In this document: piece by piece, positions 55,966-64,000 of the stretch
Layout of the letters: every line of letters starts with the position of its first letter
Position numbering within the stretch: position 1 is the first letter of the stretch
From: Candidatus Poribacteria bacterium
GTDB lineage: Bacteria; Poribacteria; WGA-4E; WGA-3G
Direction: 5' to 3'
DNA length: 64,000 bases
Assembly: GCA_022821065.1 (NCBI GenBank)
Contig: JAJEEK010000079.1
Span: forward strand, 12,839 to 76,838
Position numbers and translations under genes: made by a program
Notes under the pieces: model-generated
Told to the model about the DNA's origin: nothing
Databases searched by the model: none
What the model saw: only the letters and a program-made list of their open reading frames with translations

Positions 55966-56373
55966 GCAAATTTTCTAACTCGGTGGGAAATCCCTTTTGT
56001 TTCTGTGGTCATGTTGATTCCTCTTTCAGGCAGCCACTCTTTCGGAAAAGTAGCGATCTAACAATTCTTCCAAATCAAACAGAGAACCATTTAAATGGAC
56101 AGGATCGATTGTTAATTCTGTTGCCTCACGGGCAAGAGCATCTAACAACTCTGATGTAATAATGGCATTGTCCAGATCAAACAGATAATGATTCAATTGG
56201 ACAAAATCTGCGTTTATTTTTTCTGCAAATGTGGTTCCGCTTCGGTTTATCGCGTTAATGCGATCCTCAATTTGCGATGCCAGCAGCCGCTTTCGTGTAC
56301 ATTCCACTACTTCCTCAAAGATACCCTCCTCTTTGAGAAAATCATCAAAGTTACCACCGCTATACTTATTCAT
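55966..56373. repeat. direct duplication of 54760-55474 with an internal deletion
   Basis: CAAATTTTCTAACTCGGTGGGAAATC occurs at 54759 and 55966. TTTTGTTTCTGTGGTCATGTTGATTCCTCTTTCAGGCAGCCACTCTTTCGGAAAAGTAGCGATCTAACAATTCTTCCAAATCAAACAG occurs at 55075 and 55985. The 3' halves of the antitoxin genes are near-identical. Confidence 0.6.
56026..56373 (-). CDS. HigA-like (XRE-type) antitoxin, copy 2
   Basis: Paralog of 55112-55474. The N-terminus has diverged by about 50% and the C-terminus is identical. Confidence 0.45.
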   Translation of the reverse strand: MNKYSGGNFDDFLKEEGIFEEVVECTRKRLLASQIEDRINAINRSGTTFAEKINADFVQLNHYLFDLDNAIITSELLDALAREATELTIDPVHLNGSLFDLEELLDRYFSERVAA

Positions 56374-56731
56374 TTACAATCCTCCTACTTTGACATAGAT
56401 TTTTTCGATGCCGTGCCACGCTTAAATCTGTTTGTGATATTCTCTGAGATTTTTTGATGAAGCCGTGCAGCAGGACCATCTCATTACCTCTGATAGTGAA
56501 TAATACCCTTGAAATACGTCCACTGCTGAGCTGACTACGAACTTCCCATAAATAAGTCTCTATTTTTCTCACAAGAGGCATACCCAAGGGCCAGTCAAAT
56601 TGAACAAAATGTATATCTCTTCCGATAATTTTTCTGTCCGCCTTATTAAGATTCTTGAGCCATTGCTGAACAGGTAAACGTCCGGCATCCGTACAAAAAA
56701 AGGTAACGTTAAGGACAGGTTGATCATTCAT
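56366..56731 (-). CDS. HigB/Gp49-like RelE/ParE-superfamily toxin, copy 2
   Basis: LPVQQWLKNLNKADRKIIGRDIHFVQFDWPLG...VLFTIRGNEMVLLHGFIKKSQRISQTDL, about 65% identical to copy 1. Confidence 0.55.
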   Translation of the reverse strand: MNDQPVLNVTFFCTDAGRLPVQQWLKNLNKADRKIIGRDIHFVQFDWPLGMPLVRKIETYLWEVRSQLSSGRISRVLFTIRGNEMVLLHGFIKKSQRISQTDLSVARHRKNLCQSRRIVNE

Positions 56732-56775
56732 AAAAATAGACCAGGTCTTGAAGCAATCTATCCTCGAAACACATC

Positions 56776-57555
56776 TTATGCTGGAAGTCCGTTAACCGCC
56801 GCAAAGAAATCGGCGTTTGATGCGCTGAAACCGTATTGCTGTTCTACTTCCCGAATGGCGATCTCTGTCGTGAACAAGTTATCATAAGTATCAGGAAACT
56901 CGACACCTGTTGTAGCATCGCGGAGTAGCACGATGTTGTAACCATATCGCGCCATAGATCGGATCCCGTAATCCCTGCCCAATACACACCAATTCGTTGC
57001 GAAACCGGCAAAAATTAGATGTAGGATACGCCGTTCCTCAAGCAGTTCATGCAACTGCTGACCCGTAGCGATAACAAAGTCATCCTCTTGTACATCAATT
57101 GCAGGAGAGACAGCGAGTTGCGACGCGAGTTTGTCCCAATGGATACCAATCCCCGGCGGTTGACTGCGCGGCCCGCGATAGACGGCGTAGTCACCCTCAC
57201 GACTTCGGAAATCGGAGGGCGGCCACGCCGAAGACGCTGACGGTTCAGGCGGTTTGTGCCGTTTGAGTTGCGGATACTGTTCTGCCACCGGTGGCGATGG
57301 TGCATGGACGATTGTCATCCCTGCCTCCCGCGCGGCATCAATCACAGGCACTACACAATCAGTTGTTATCTGTGCTGCGCGTTCTATCCAGCTCTCGATG
57401 AAATGCACGTTCCACAAATCGACGAGGACCAACGCCGTCTCATCAATGGGCAACGGCATCTCAAACTCACGTCGGATGAACGCCGTTTCACGACACGGTA
57501 CATCTGCCGGCGTACTATCCTGAAAGTAGCGGACGCGTAAATCTAACGTTTTCAC
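56776..57555 (-). CDS. isochorismatase-family cysteine hydrolase
   Basis: ALVLVDLWN, similar to the ALLVIDMQNDF motif, with downstream elements positioned as expected for the isochorismatase fold. Confidence 0.5.
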   Translation of the reverse strand: MKTLDLRVRYFQDSTPADVPCRETAFIRREFEMPLPIDETALVLVDLWNVHFIESWIERAAQITTDCVVPVIDAAREAGMTIVHAPSPPVAEQYPQLKRHKPPEPSASSAWPPSDFRSREGDYAVYRGPRSQPPGIGIHWDKLASQLAVSPAIDVQEDDFVIATGQQLHELLEERRILHLIFAGFATNWCVLGRDYGIRSMARYGYNIVLLRDATTGVEFPDTYDNLFTTEIAIREVEQQYGFSASNADFFAAVNGLPA

Positions 57556-59699
57556 TCTGGCTCCTGAAACAGTGTGTCATCGAGTTCAGCGTTCAGTGTG
57601 ACGCTCGTTACCCTGCTTTCAGTGAAGAGTTGACCTTCCACATTCTGCACAACATGATACGGCACTTTAATGCCATCAACGTCGCGGTAATCTTCCATAA
57701 GCGTCTCTCGGTTAACAGCAACGCCTTGCGAGGTATCGCGATAAGATATTTTCACGACATAGTGCCTCTCCTCACTCACAAAGAGCTTCAGCATCTCACC
57801 AGATGGTTGAGGGACCAACAAAATTGAGGCGGGTTTACCGGCGACGTCTTCAGTGCCAGCATACTGAATCGGGATATCGTTTTGTGACAAGCGTGGAAGT
57901 AACCATGAAGTTTCTCGGAAAACCGCATCTTTAATAGAGTCAGCTATCTGTGGTGGTATCGGTTGCACTCCCATTGGTGTTATCACGAATCCAGAGGAAC
58001 CATCAAAGACCGTAGCCATTTCACCCTGTGCCATCTTCAAATCCTGTCTGAATTTATCGGGGAAAACATAGTAGGATGTACCCTCTATCTGCATCGGTCC
58101 TTGCGGTGAATTCGCCGACGCTTGTGCCTCGATGACCATATTTTTCACTGCCTGCAGCTTCTCAAGTCCACCGTGTGCTGCAACTGCTGCAGCAAGGATT
58201 TCTTTGGCTTTCACCATGTCCGCTTCGCTTGCTTCAGGCATGGGTTCCGCAGGTGGCGGTTCGGGTTGCTTTATCTCAATTTCGTTGACTTCGCCGAACT
58301 CATCAAGCGGTCGATCGAAGTTCTCTTTATTCCCGACAGTAACAATCGTCAGCGCATCTGGATGGAGATACTTCTGCGCAACTGCCTGTACGTCTTCCGC
58401 TGTTACCTTAGCGATGTTGGCAGTAAACGTCTCGAGGAAATCAGGTTTAAAGTCACGATAAGCGAGCATCATCTGCTGGAATGCGATTTGCGCGCTGCTC
58501 TCAAAACCAAAAACAAACGAATTGATGAGCGAATCTTTGGTGCGCTGGAGTTCTGCTTCGGGCACTGGTGTATCTCGGAGTCCCTTGACGACATCAATAA
58601 TGAGCGAAATCGCCTCTGCTGTTTTGTCCGTACGGGTTTGCGAATAAGCGAACCATTCCCCTGGATTCGTGTAGTAAGTTGTTGGCATGATGCTGCCTAC
58701 CATGTAGGCGAGACCGTGCTTCTCGCGGACTTCCCTCATGAGACGCGAAGTAAAACCACCCTCTCCGAGGATATCGTTCATCACACGGAGCGCGAAATAG
58801 TCTGGGAAATCTGGGGTGCGCTTGATACCAAAATGTCCGATTAACATCGTCGTCTGATTGAGGTCCTTGAAGATGTAATTAACAGACGGTTTTGGGGTCG
58901 GATCGACTGTTGGTACGTCTGGGAACATAATCTCTGCGGCTTCCCAGCCTTCAAATACTTTTTCGAGCTGCGAAATCAAGGTCTCTGTATCGAAATCGCC
59001 GGTAATCGCGAGCATTATATTATTTGGATGATAATATTTCGCGTGGAATGCTTTAAGGTCATCGACGGTAATGCTTTCGATACTCTCAATCTCGGAATAC
59101 CAACCGAACGGATGGCCTGTTCCATAGAGCAGTGCTGAGAAATTACGCCATGCGAGTTGAATCGGGTTATCGTTGCGTCGGCGGATACCTTCGACCGCTT
59201 GTTGTTTGCGAAGTTCCAATTTGTCTTCACGAAAGGCTGGGTTCCTGAGTACATCGGCAAAAATTTCCAAACCTTTTTCGGTATCTTCTGCGAGCGTTGA
59301 AAGGTTAATTGTTCCGTATTCGGCAGACATCCCGACTTCAACGGCAGCCGCCATGGATTCCAATTCCTCATTCAACGCATCTGGCTCACGTGACACCGTA
59401 CCACCGGTTCGCATCACACTCGAAAATATTGCTGCCAACCCGACTTTATCCAATGGATCATAGATATCACCCGTTTTAATCAAGCCGTTGATATTGAAAA
59501 GTGGTAACTCATGGTCTTCAATCAAATAAAGCGTCATCCCGTTTGAAAGCGTCCGCTTTTCTGGAACTGGTGGTTTAAATGTAATAGGCTCAAAGGTAAG
59601 TTCTTCGTGTGGTTTCGCAAATGTAGAGGGAATGCCCGAAACGATGAGGCAAACGATCAATGTCGTAATGGCAAGCCCTATAGAAATTCGTCCATTCAT
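57552..59699 (-). CDS. secreted M16-family peptidase-like protein (non-catalytic partner subunit with a C-terminal extra domain)
   Basis: Signal peptide, M16 N- and C-domain-like halves without HxxEH, and an additional C-terminal domain of about 230 aa. It overlaps the upstream M16 gene by 1 nt. Confidence 0.55.
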   Translation of the reverse strand: MNGRISIGLAITTLIVCLIVSGIPSTFAKPHEELTFEPITFKPPVPEKRTLSNGMTLYLIEDHELPLFNINGLIKTGDIYDPLDKVGLAAIFSSVMRTGGTVSREPDALNEELESMAAAVEVGMSAEYGTINLSTLAEDTEKGLEIFADVLRNPAFREDKLELRKQQAVEGIRRRNDNPIQLAWRNFSALLYGTGHPFGWYSEIESIESITVDDLKAFHAKYYHPNNIMLAITGDFDTETLISQLEKVFEGWEAAEIMFPDVPTVDPTPKPSVNYIFKDLNQTTMLIGHFGIKRTPDFPDYFALRVMNDILGEGGFTSRLMREVREKHGLAYMVGSIMPTTYYTNPGEWFAYSQTRTDKTAEAISLIIDVVKGLRDTPVPEAELQRTKDSLINSFVFGFESSAQIAFQQMMLAYRDFKPDFLETFTANIAKVTAEDVQAVAQKYLHPDALTIVTVGNKENFDRPLDEFGEVNEIEIKQPEPPPAEPMPEASEADMVKAKEILAAAVAAHGGLEKLQAVKNMVIEAQASANSPQGPMQIEGTSYYVFPDKFRQDLKMAQGEMATVFDGSSGFVITPMGVQPIPPQIADSIKDAVFRETSWLLPRLSQNDIPIQYAGTEDVAGKPASILLVPQPSGEMLKLFVSEERHYVVKISYRDTSQGVAVNRETLMEDYRDVDGIKVPYHVVQNVEGQLFTESRVTSVTLNAELDDTLFQEPE

Positions 59700-61216
59700 T
59701 ATTCATAACCCTCCGCTTTATCACCGGTGGGGGCTGCATCCTCTTTCTTAATGAGTGTGCCGACGGTGCGGTTACTTTTTGTAAAATAGGTTTTCGCGAC
59801 TCTCATGATGTCCTCTGGTGTAATTTTATACATGTTCTCGCGCCAGCCAAGTACATAGCGCCAATCGCCAGCGATCCCTTCAAAGAAAGCCAATTGCTGC
59901 GCCATCCCGGCATTGGAACTCAGGTTCCGGATGAAATCGGCATCAATCTGTTTAAGGATACGCTTAAACTCTTTTTCCGCGACAGGTTCAGTCTTGAGTT
60001 TTTCCAGTTCAGTGTAGATCGCTTCCTCAACGTCAACCGTTGTGTGTGGTGAGCGTGGTGTCCCGGTTATAAAAAATAGATTATTATAGCGTGCTCCCGG
60101 ATACCCGTTCACCGAGTTAGCAGAGACGGCTATCCCTTCCTCAACGATGTTCTTGTAAAACCGAGAGGTGCGTCCGTCCGAAAGGATCGCGCTAATCATA
60201 TCAAGGACGTAATCATCAAAATGTGGGATCGTCGGTTTATGGTAGCCGATCATCAGTTGTGGTTCGGCATCAAATTCGACTTCAATGCGACGTTCGCCTT
60301 CCTGTGAAGGTTCGATGGTCGTCACTTCGCTTGGAAGCGGTTGTGCCTGCATATCACCGAAGTATTTCTCAATAAGCGCAATGGTATCGTCTATGTTAAT
60401 GTTCCCGACAATCACCATGACGGAGTTATTTGGGGCGTAGTGGACCTTGAAAAATTCTTCCGCTTTGCGACGATTAAGCATCGCGATATCCGAGGGCCAG
60501 CCTATAATCGGCATGCCATAAGGATGTGCAGTAAATGCGGCGGCGATAAATTGTTCATAGAGTTTGCCACCGGGTTGCGTGTCAACCCGCATCCGGCGTT
60601 CCTCTTTCACTGCATCGCGTTCTACATAAAATTCGCGCAGAACAGCATTCTTGAGGCGATCCGATTCAAGCATCGCCCACAACTCTAATTTGTTAGACGG
60701 CAACTCCACTGTATAAATCGTGTAGTCAACAGATGTCCCGGCATTGAATCCTGTACTACCGTGTTGTGTATAGATTTCAGTATATTCACCGGTAACGATC
60801 CACTCCTTCGCAAGTTCCTGTTGCGCCTTGAGTGCGGCTTCTAACTCGGCTATTTTATCAGCATCTGCCCTCGAACCTTTCGCACGTTCCATGTCAAGTG
60901 CGTCGCCGATTCGATCAATTTCAGCAAGCACAACCTTTTCTTTGTCATAATCTTTTGTACCAATCGTTTTCGTGCCTTTAAACAGCATGTGTTCCAGCAT
61001 GTGAGCGATACCGCGTGTATCGTCTGATTCATCTACGGATCCTGCTTTAAAGAGGATGTAGGGTGCAATCGTCGGCGAAGTATCGCGCTTGATCATCAAC
61101 AATTTCAGACCGTTGGGGTAAGTATGTTCTACCACCCGGTCTGCAAGGTTTTGTGCCGACGCTATCCCGTGCAAAGCAACGAGAAATAGAATCAGCAAAT
61201 AACGTATCTTTTTCAT
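59699..61216 (-). CDS. secreted M16 (pitrilysin/insulinase) family zinc peptidase
   Basis: Signal peptide and the inverted zinc motif HMLEHMLFKGT (HxxEH), with a downstream E in the typical context. Confidence 0.7.
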   Translation of the reverse strand: MKKIRYLLILFLVALHGIASAQNLADRVVEHTYPNGLKLLMIKRDTSPTIAPYILFKAGSVDESDDTRGIAHMLEHMLFKGTKTIGTKDYDKEKVVLAEIDRIGDALDMERAKGSRADADKIAELEAALKAQQELAKEWIVTGEYTEIYTQHGSTGFNAGTSVDYTIYTVELPSNKLELWAMLESDRLKNAVLREFYVERDAVKEERRMRVDTQPGGKLYEQFIAAAFTAHPYGMPIIGWPSDIAMLNRRKAEEFFKVHYAPNNSVMVIVGNINIDDTIALIEKYFGDMQAQPLPSEVTTIEPSQEGERRIEVEFDAEPQLMIGYHKPTIPHFDDYVLDMISAILSDGRTSRFYKNIVEEGIAVSANSVNGYPGARYNNLFFITGTPRSPHTTVDVEEAIYTELEKLKTEPVAEKEFKRILKQIDADFIRNLSSNAGMAQQLAFFEGIAGDWRYVLGWRENMYKITPEDIMRVAKTYFTKSNRTVGTLIKKEDAAPTGDKAEGYE

Positions 61217-61475
61217 TTATCTGTTCCTTATCGCGGCTATCTGCTCTGTTGACCAGTGCCGCTGCTTTTCTGTTTTTTGTTTATATCACAAACTAATAGC
61301 ATCGCCAAAATAGGGTCGGCGAAATAGGGCGCGTATCCTAAAGTTATAGATGAAAAAAACTATAACTTTGAAAGAATATTCACTTCTATCAGAAATTCTA
61401 TCACTTTTTGCCGTTTCAATCAACATTTATCTTCGATGCCCAGTTTGAACAATAGTGCCTTATAAGAGAAACGGT

Positions 61476-64000
61476 TTACTTGCGTATCAACATTTTACGC
61501 GTCGCAGAAAAATCACCCGCTTTGAGCGTATAGAAATAGACACCACTTGCTACAGGTTCACCGAGTTGATTTCTGCCATCCCAATATACTGCACGGCTAC
61601 GGTTCTGGTAGAGCCCAGCAGCCTGATGCCCTAACGTTAATGTTCGTACCAACTTCCCCGCCACTGAATAGATGGACACCGTAACATCTGCAGCCGCTGA
61701 CAACTGATATGGGATCCACGTCTCTGGGTTGAATGGGTTTGGATAGTTCGCCAGCAGGGCGTTTTTGTCGGGTAAGGTGACTTGGAGGGTGGGTGCTGCT
61801 TGTATTTCGGTTACTTCAAAGCGCGTGATTTCGGTAAAATCATGGTAAATGGTATTCTTTGCTTTATCAGTAACTGATATTCCGATAATCCCCCAAATAC
61901 CGGGAGCACTACCTTCCGGTAATACAATAGATGCAGTATATTCCCGAAAAACATCTGGGTCATCTTGAAAATAGATTTCCTTTGTAGGACTATAACGTGT
62001 ACGACTATAAGTATAGGGTCCCGCAATAGGATAGCCTCGTTCACTCCCCAACGGGTCTCTGATACGAATAGACCCTTTTTCAAACCCACTAATATCGTCT
62101 TTCACATAATACTCGACAGTGACGAACGTCTGACCATTGGGATCTTCAGGATTTGCGGGTTCGGCATCAACAGTGATCTTGTTAACATCGAGTGTAGGTG
62201 GCGCGGTATCCGGGTGCTTCGTTTCTATTGTTACCTTTGGTACCTGATCATCAATCTTAGGTAACCAAGCACTCTCACGATTTACAGCATCGCTAAAGTA
62301 GAGTCTTTTTAATTCATACACCCCTCCGGGCATATAATGTGGGAAGACAAAAGTAGCTTTCAATGTCCAAATATCACCCTCTCGACTGACTGGAGAAGCA
62401 TACGCCGTGCTACCAGCAGAGCTACTACTTAGGTAGTAGGCATCTCCGCCTTCTGCGGACATATAGGTATTCCCGCTGAGTTGTCTATCCTCTTTGACTT
62501 GCCACGTTGCAGTTACAGTGTAGTAATGCTCGTTTTTATCGGTGTATGCGTCTGATACTGACAAATTTGCGGAATTCGGCACATATTGGGGCGGGTATAA
62601 GTCTTCGTATGTGTTATTGATATAGATTTGCAAGCCGAAGGCACCCGAATTGTATCTTGTGAGTCTATTCGCATCGAATGTTGACACCTGTGTGAGTGTG
62701 TAATACCCTTTAGCTTCATACGCTTGCACAGTCGTCTTTCCGCGCAATATATTTCCCTCTGCACCTAAATCAACATAGAAGCTACTTTGACGATTACTAT
62801 TCCCATTTAACAATCTGAAGAACACACGCCCCCATGTTGAATAATCCAATTCGTTTTCTGTATGGGTTTCGATTTCAATCTCAACCCGTTTAGGGCCTTC
62901 TGGTTCACCTGCCACTGTCACATCCACCCGTATGACTTCACCGGGGTAGACATAATCTGGATATAAGTTATAGACAACAAAAGTGAGGTCTTCGCGTATT
63001 TGCGAAATATAGCGGGTGCCGTGCATAATTCTGTTCTGTATGAACGCATACTTGGCAGGCGATCTGGACCTGAGTTTATCCGGGGCAACGATATAGTAAG
63101 CGATACTTTCCGCCATATCTTCATTTGGATTTACGCCATGTGCGTAGTCGGATACAAACTCGGTCTGATTGGTTGTCAGCCACCTCCCATCTTCATAATA
63201 CCACCCGCCGAGTTCTATCCAGTCTGCCTTAAGTTGTTCCTCAAATAGATAACTCCACAAGAAATGTGCTTTTTCATGGAGAATGATCCGTTGTGTGTCG
63301 TGTGTAACCCCATCTATAAAAGCTTCGTCGGTAAACTCAATATAGCCTGCACCCGTATTCGCGCGTGCGGCGTATTCAACAAATGGATCGGGTGCCCGTC
63401 TGATAAGATATTCCAATCCTTGTGTTACATGCATGCCGGATGGGTATTCTTCAAACATAACCATAATACCTATGATTTCTTCATAGGTAAATTTGTCAAA
63501 CTTATCGGCAGGTTCGCCTGTTAAAGCTTCATAGTCGGGAACATGCACCGTAACACCATAGTTTTCCTGCAGCAGGCGGTCTATCTCATTGTGTTGGATT
63601 CCCATTCCTGGTATGTATGTAGCAAATCTGAGAACGGCTCGCCAAAGTCGCTTGGAAAAATATCGTCCTTGAATGCCATCTATTTTGGCGACAAACGGCT
63701 GTGCATAAGTGAACGCCTCTGATGCAATTGTTATCATCCGAAGACTCCCGTATTCGACTTCCACATCGGGACCCAGGTCAATGTCTTGTGCCACGTGTGC
63801 ATCACTTAATATCCAATAACTGGGGTTCCTCTGAGATGAAAGACTACCCAAATACCCTTGCGTCATATCTTGTAATGCCTGTAGAAGCAGATATGCTTTA
63901 TCAGCATCCCATTGTGGCGATAAATACACTCTGAATCTCTCTGCTAATATGGCACTCGCACTATCTGATATAGACGTTTTTATGCCAGTATCTTCGATTT
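61476..64000 (-). CDS. HExxH zinc metalloprotease with a C-terminal Por_Secre_tail (T9SS-type) sorting domain; 5' partial
   Basis: The C-terminal 85 aa NYPNPFNPETWIPYQL...VSIYSVAGKLVRTL...YWDGRNQLGEPVASGVYFYTLKAGDFSATRKMLIRK match the T9SS CTD consensus. HEKAHFLW is an HExxH motif. The reading frame is open upstream to the window edge, and the GTG at 63929 is probably internal. Confidence 0.55.
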   Translation of the reverse strand, partial: IEDTGIKTSISDSASAILAERFRVYLSPQWDADKAYLLLQALQDMTQGYLGSLSSQRNPSYWILSDAHVAQDIDLGPDVEVEYGSLRMITIASEAFTYAQPFVAKIDGIQGRYFSKRLWRAVLRFATYIPGMGIQHNEIDRLLQENYGVTVHVPDYEALTGEPADKFDKFTYEEIIGIMVMFEEYPSGMHVTQGLEYLIRRAPDPFVEYAARANTGAGYIEFTDEAFIDGVTHDTQRIILHEKAHFLWSYLFEEQLKADWIELGGWYYEDGRWLTTNQTEFVSDYAHGVNPNEDMAESIAYYIVAPDKLRSRSPAKYAFIQNRIMHGTRYISQIREDLTFVVYNLYPDYVYPGEVIRVDVTVAGEPEGPKRVEIEIETHTENELDYSTWGRVFFRLLNGNSNRQSSFYVDLGAEGNILRGKTTVQAYEAKGYYTLTQVSTFDANRLTRYNSGAFGLQIYINNTYEDLYPPQYVPNSANLSVSDAYTDKNEHYYTVTATWQVKEDRQLSGNTYMSAEGGDAYYLSSSSAGSTAYASPVSREGDIWTLKATFVFPHYMPGGVYELKRLYFSDAVNRESAWLPKIDDQVPKVTIETKHPDTAPPTLDVNKITVDAEPANPEDPNGQTFVTVEYYVKDDISGFEKGSIRIRDPLGSERGYPIAGPYTYSRTRYSPTKEIYFQDDPDVFREYTASIVLPEGSAPGIWGIIGISVTDKAKNTIYHDFTEITRFEVTEIQAAPTLQVTLPDKNALLANYPNPFNPETWIPYQLSAAADVTVSIYSVAGKLVRTLTLGHQAAGLYQNRSRAVYWDGRNQLGEPVASGVYFYTLKAGDFSATRKMLIRK

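Noticed and set aside
58122-58844. 240-aa plus-strand ORF inside the M16-like gene
   Set aside because: It is antisense to a gene with a signal peptide and M16 architecture. The translation is Cys, Phe and Arg-rich with no motif.
1-64000. CRISPR arrays, rRNA genes, IS elements
   Set aside because: No array of regularly spaced short direct repeats was seen. No rRNA-like conserved stretches were seen. No transposase or integrase-like ORFs were seen. The only repeats are gene-scale tandem duplications and short hairpins.

Overview
This 64 kb window is a gene-dense chromosomal segment of about 50% GC with no rRNA genes, CRISPR arrays, transposases or integrases. It is probably a metagenome-assembled contig. 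The gene content points to an FCB-superphylum-like bacterium: a GldF/GldG-type ABC-2 module plus DUF4340 protein, a PorX-like regulator with a PglZ domain, and a secreted HExxH protease carrying a Por_Secre_tail (T9SS) C-terminal domain.

Most of the window is housekeeping and metabolic. It encodes a LarA-like protein, a MetE-like protein, a ClpX paralog, MsrB, a radical-SAM/SPASM enzyme, malate dehydrogenase, an iron-type alcohol dehydrogenase, HemN plus a PaaK-like ligase, a TAXI TRAP receptor, DsbD, GlcD/GlcE-like oxidases, an isochorismatase-like hydrolase and two M16 peptidases. tRNA-Phe(GAA) and tRNA-Thr(CGT) sit behind a consensus sigma70-like promoter.

Recent tandem duplication is frequent and involves:
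- two dnaN sliding-clamp genes, each with its own promoter;
- two HsdR-N-like PD-(D/E)xK nuclease genes;
- two RND permeases;
- two HigB/HigA-like toxin-antitoxin pairs;
- two LamG-like secreted proteins.

The most unusual elements are:
- a 1330-aa protein fusing a UvrD-like SF1 helicase, a complete RuvC-family nuclease domain and about 600 aa of TPR repeats, placed directly downstream of a PIN-like plus small-protein gene pair;
- a PIN-like plus overlapping-small-protein module present in two full copies and one orphan small-protein copy;
- a C-terminal tail motif shared by three unrelated secreted proteins, which may be an unrecognised sorting signal;
- an AT-rich accessory island at about 53.4–56.8 kb holding a zinc-ribbon/membrane-protein pair and the recombined HigBA duplicates.

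All functional calls rest on motif and domain recognition by eye, and none has been confirmed by a database search.
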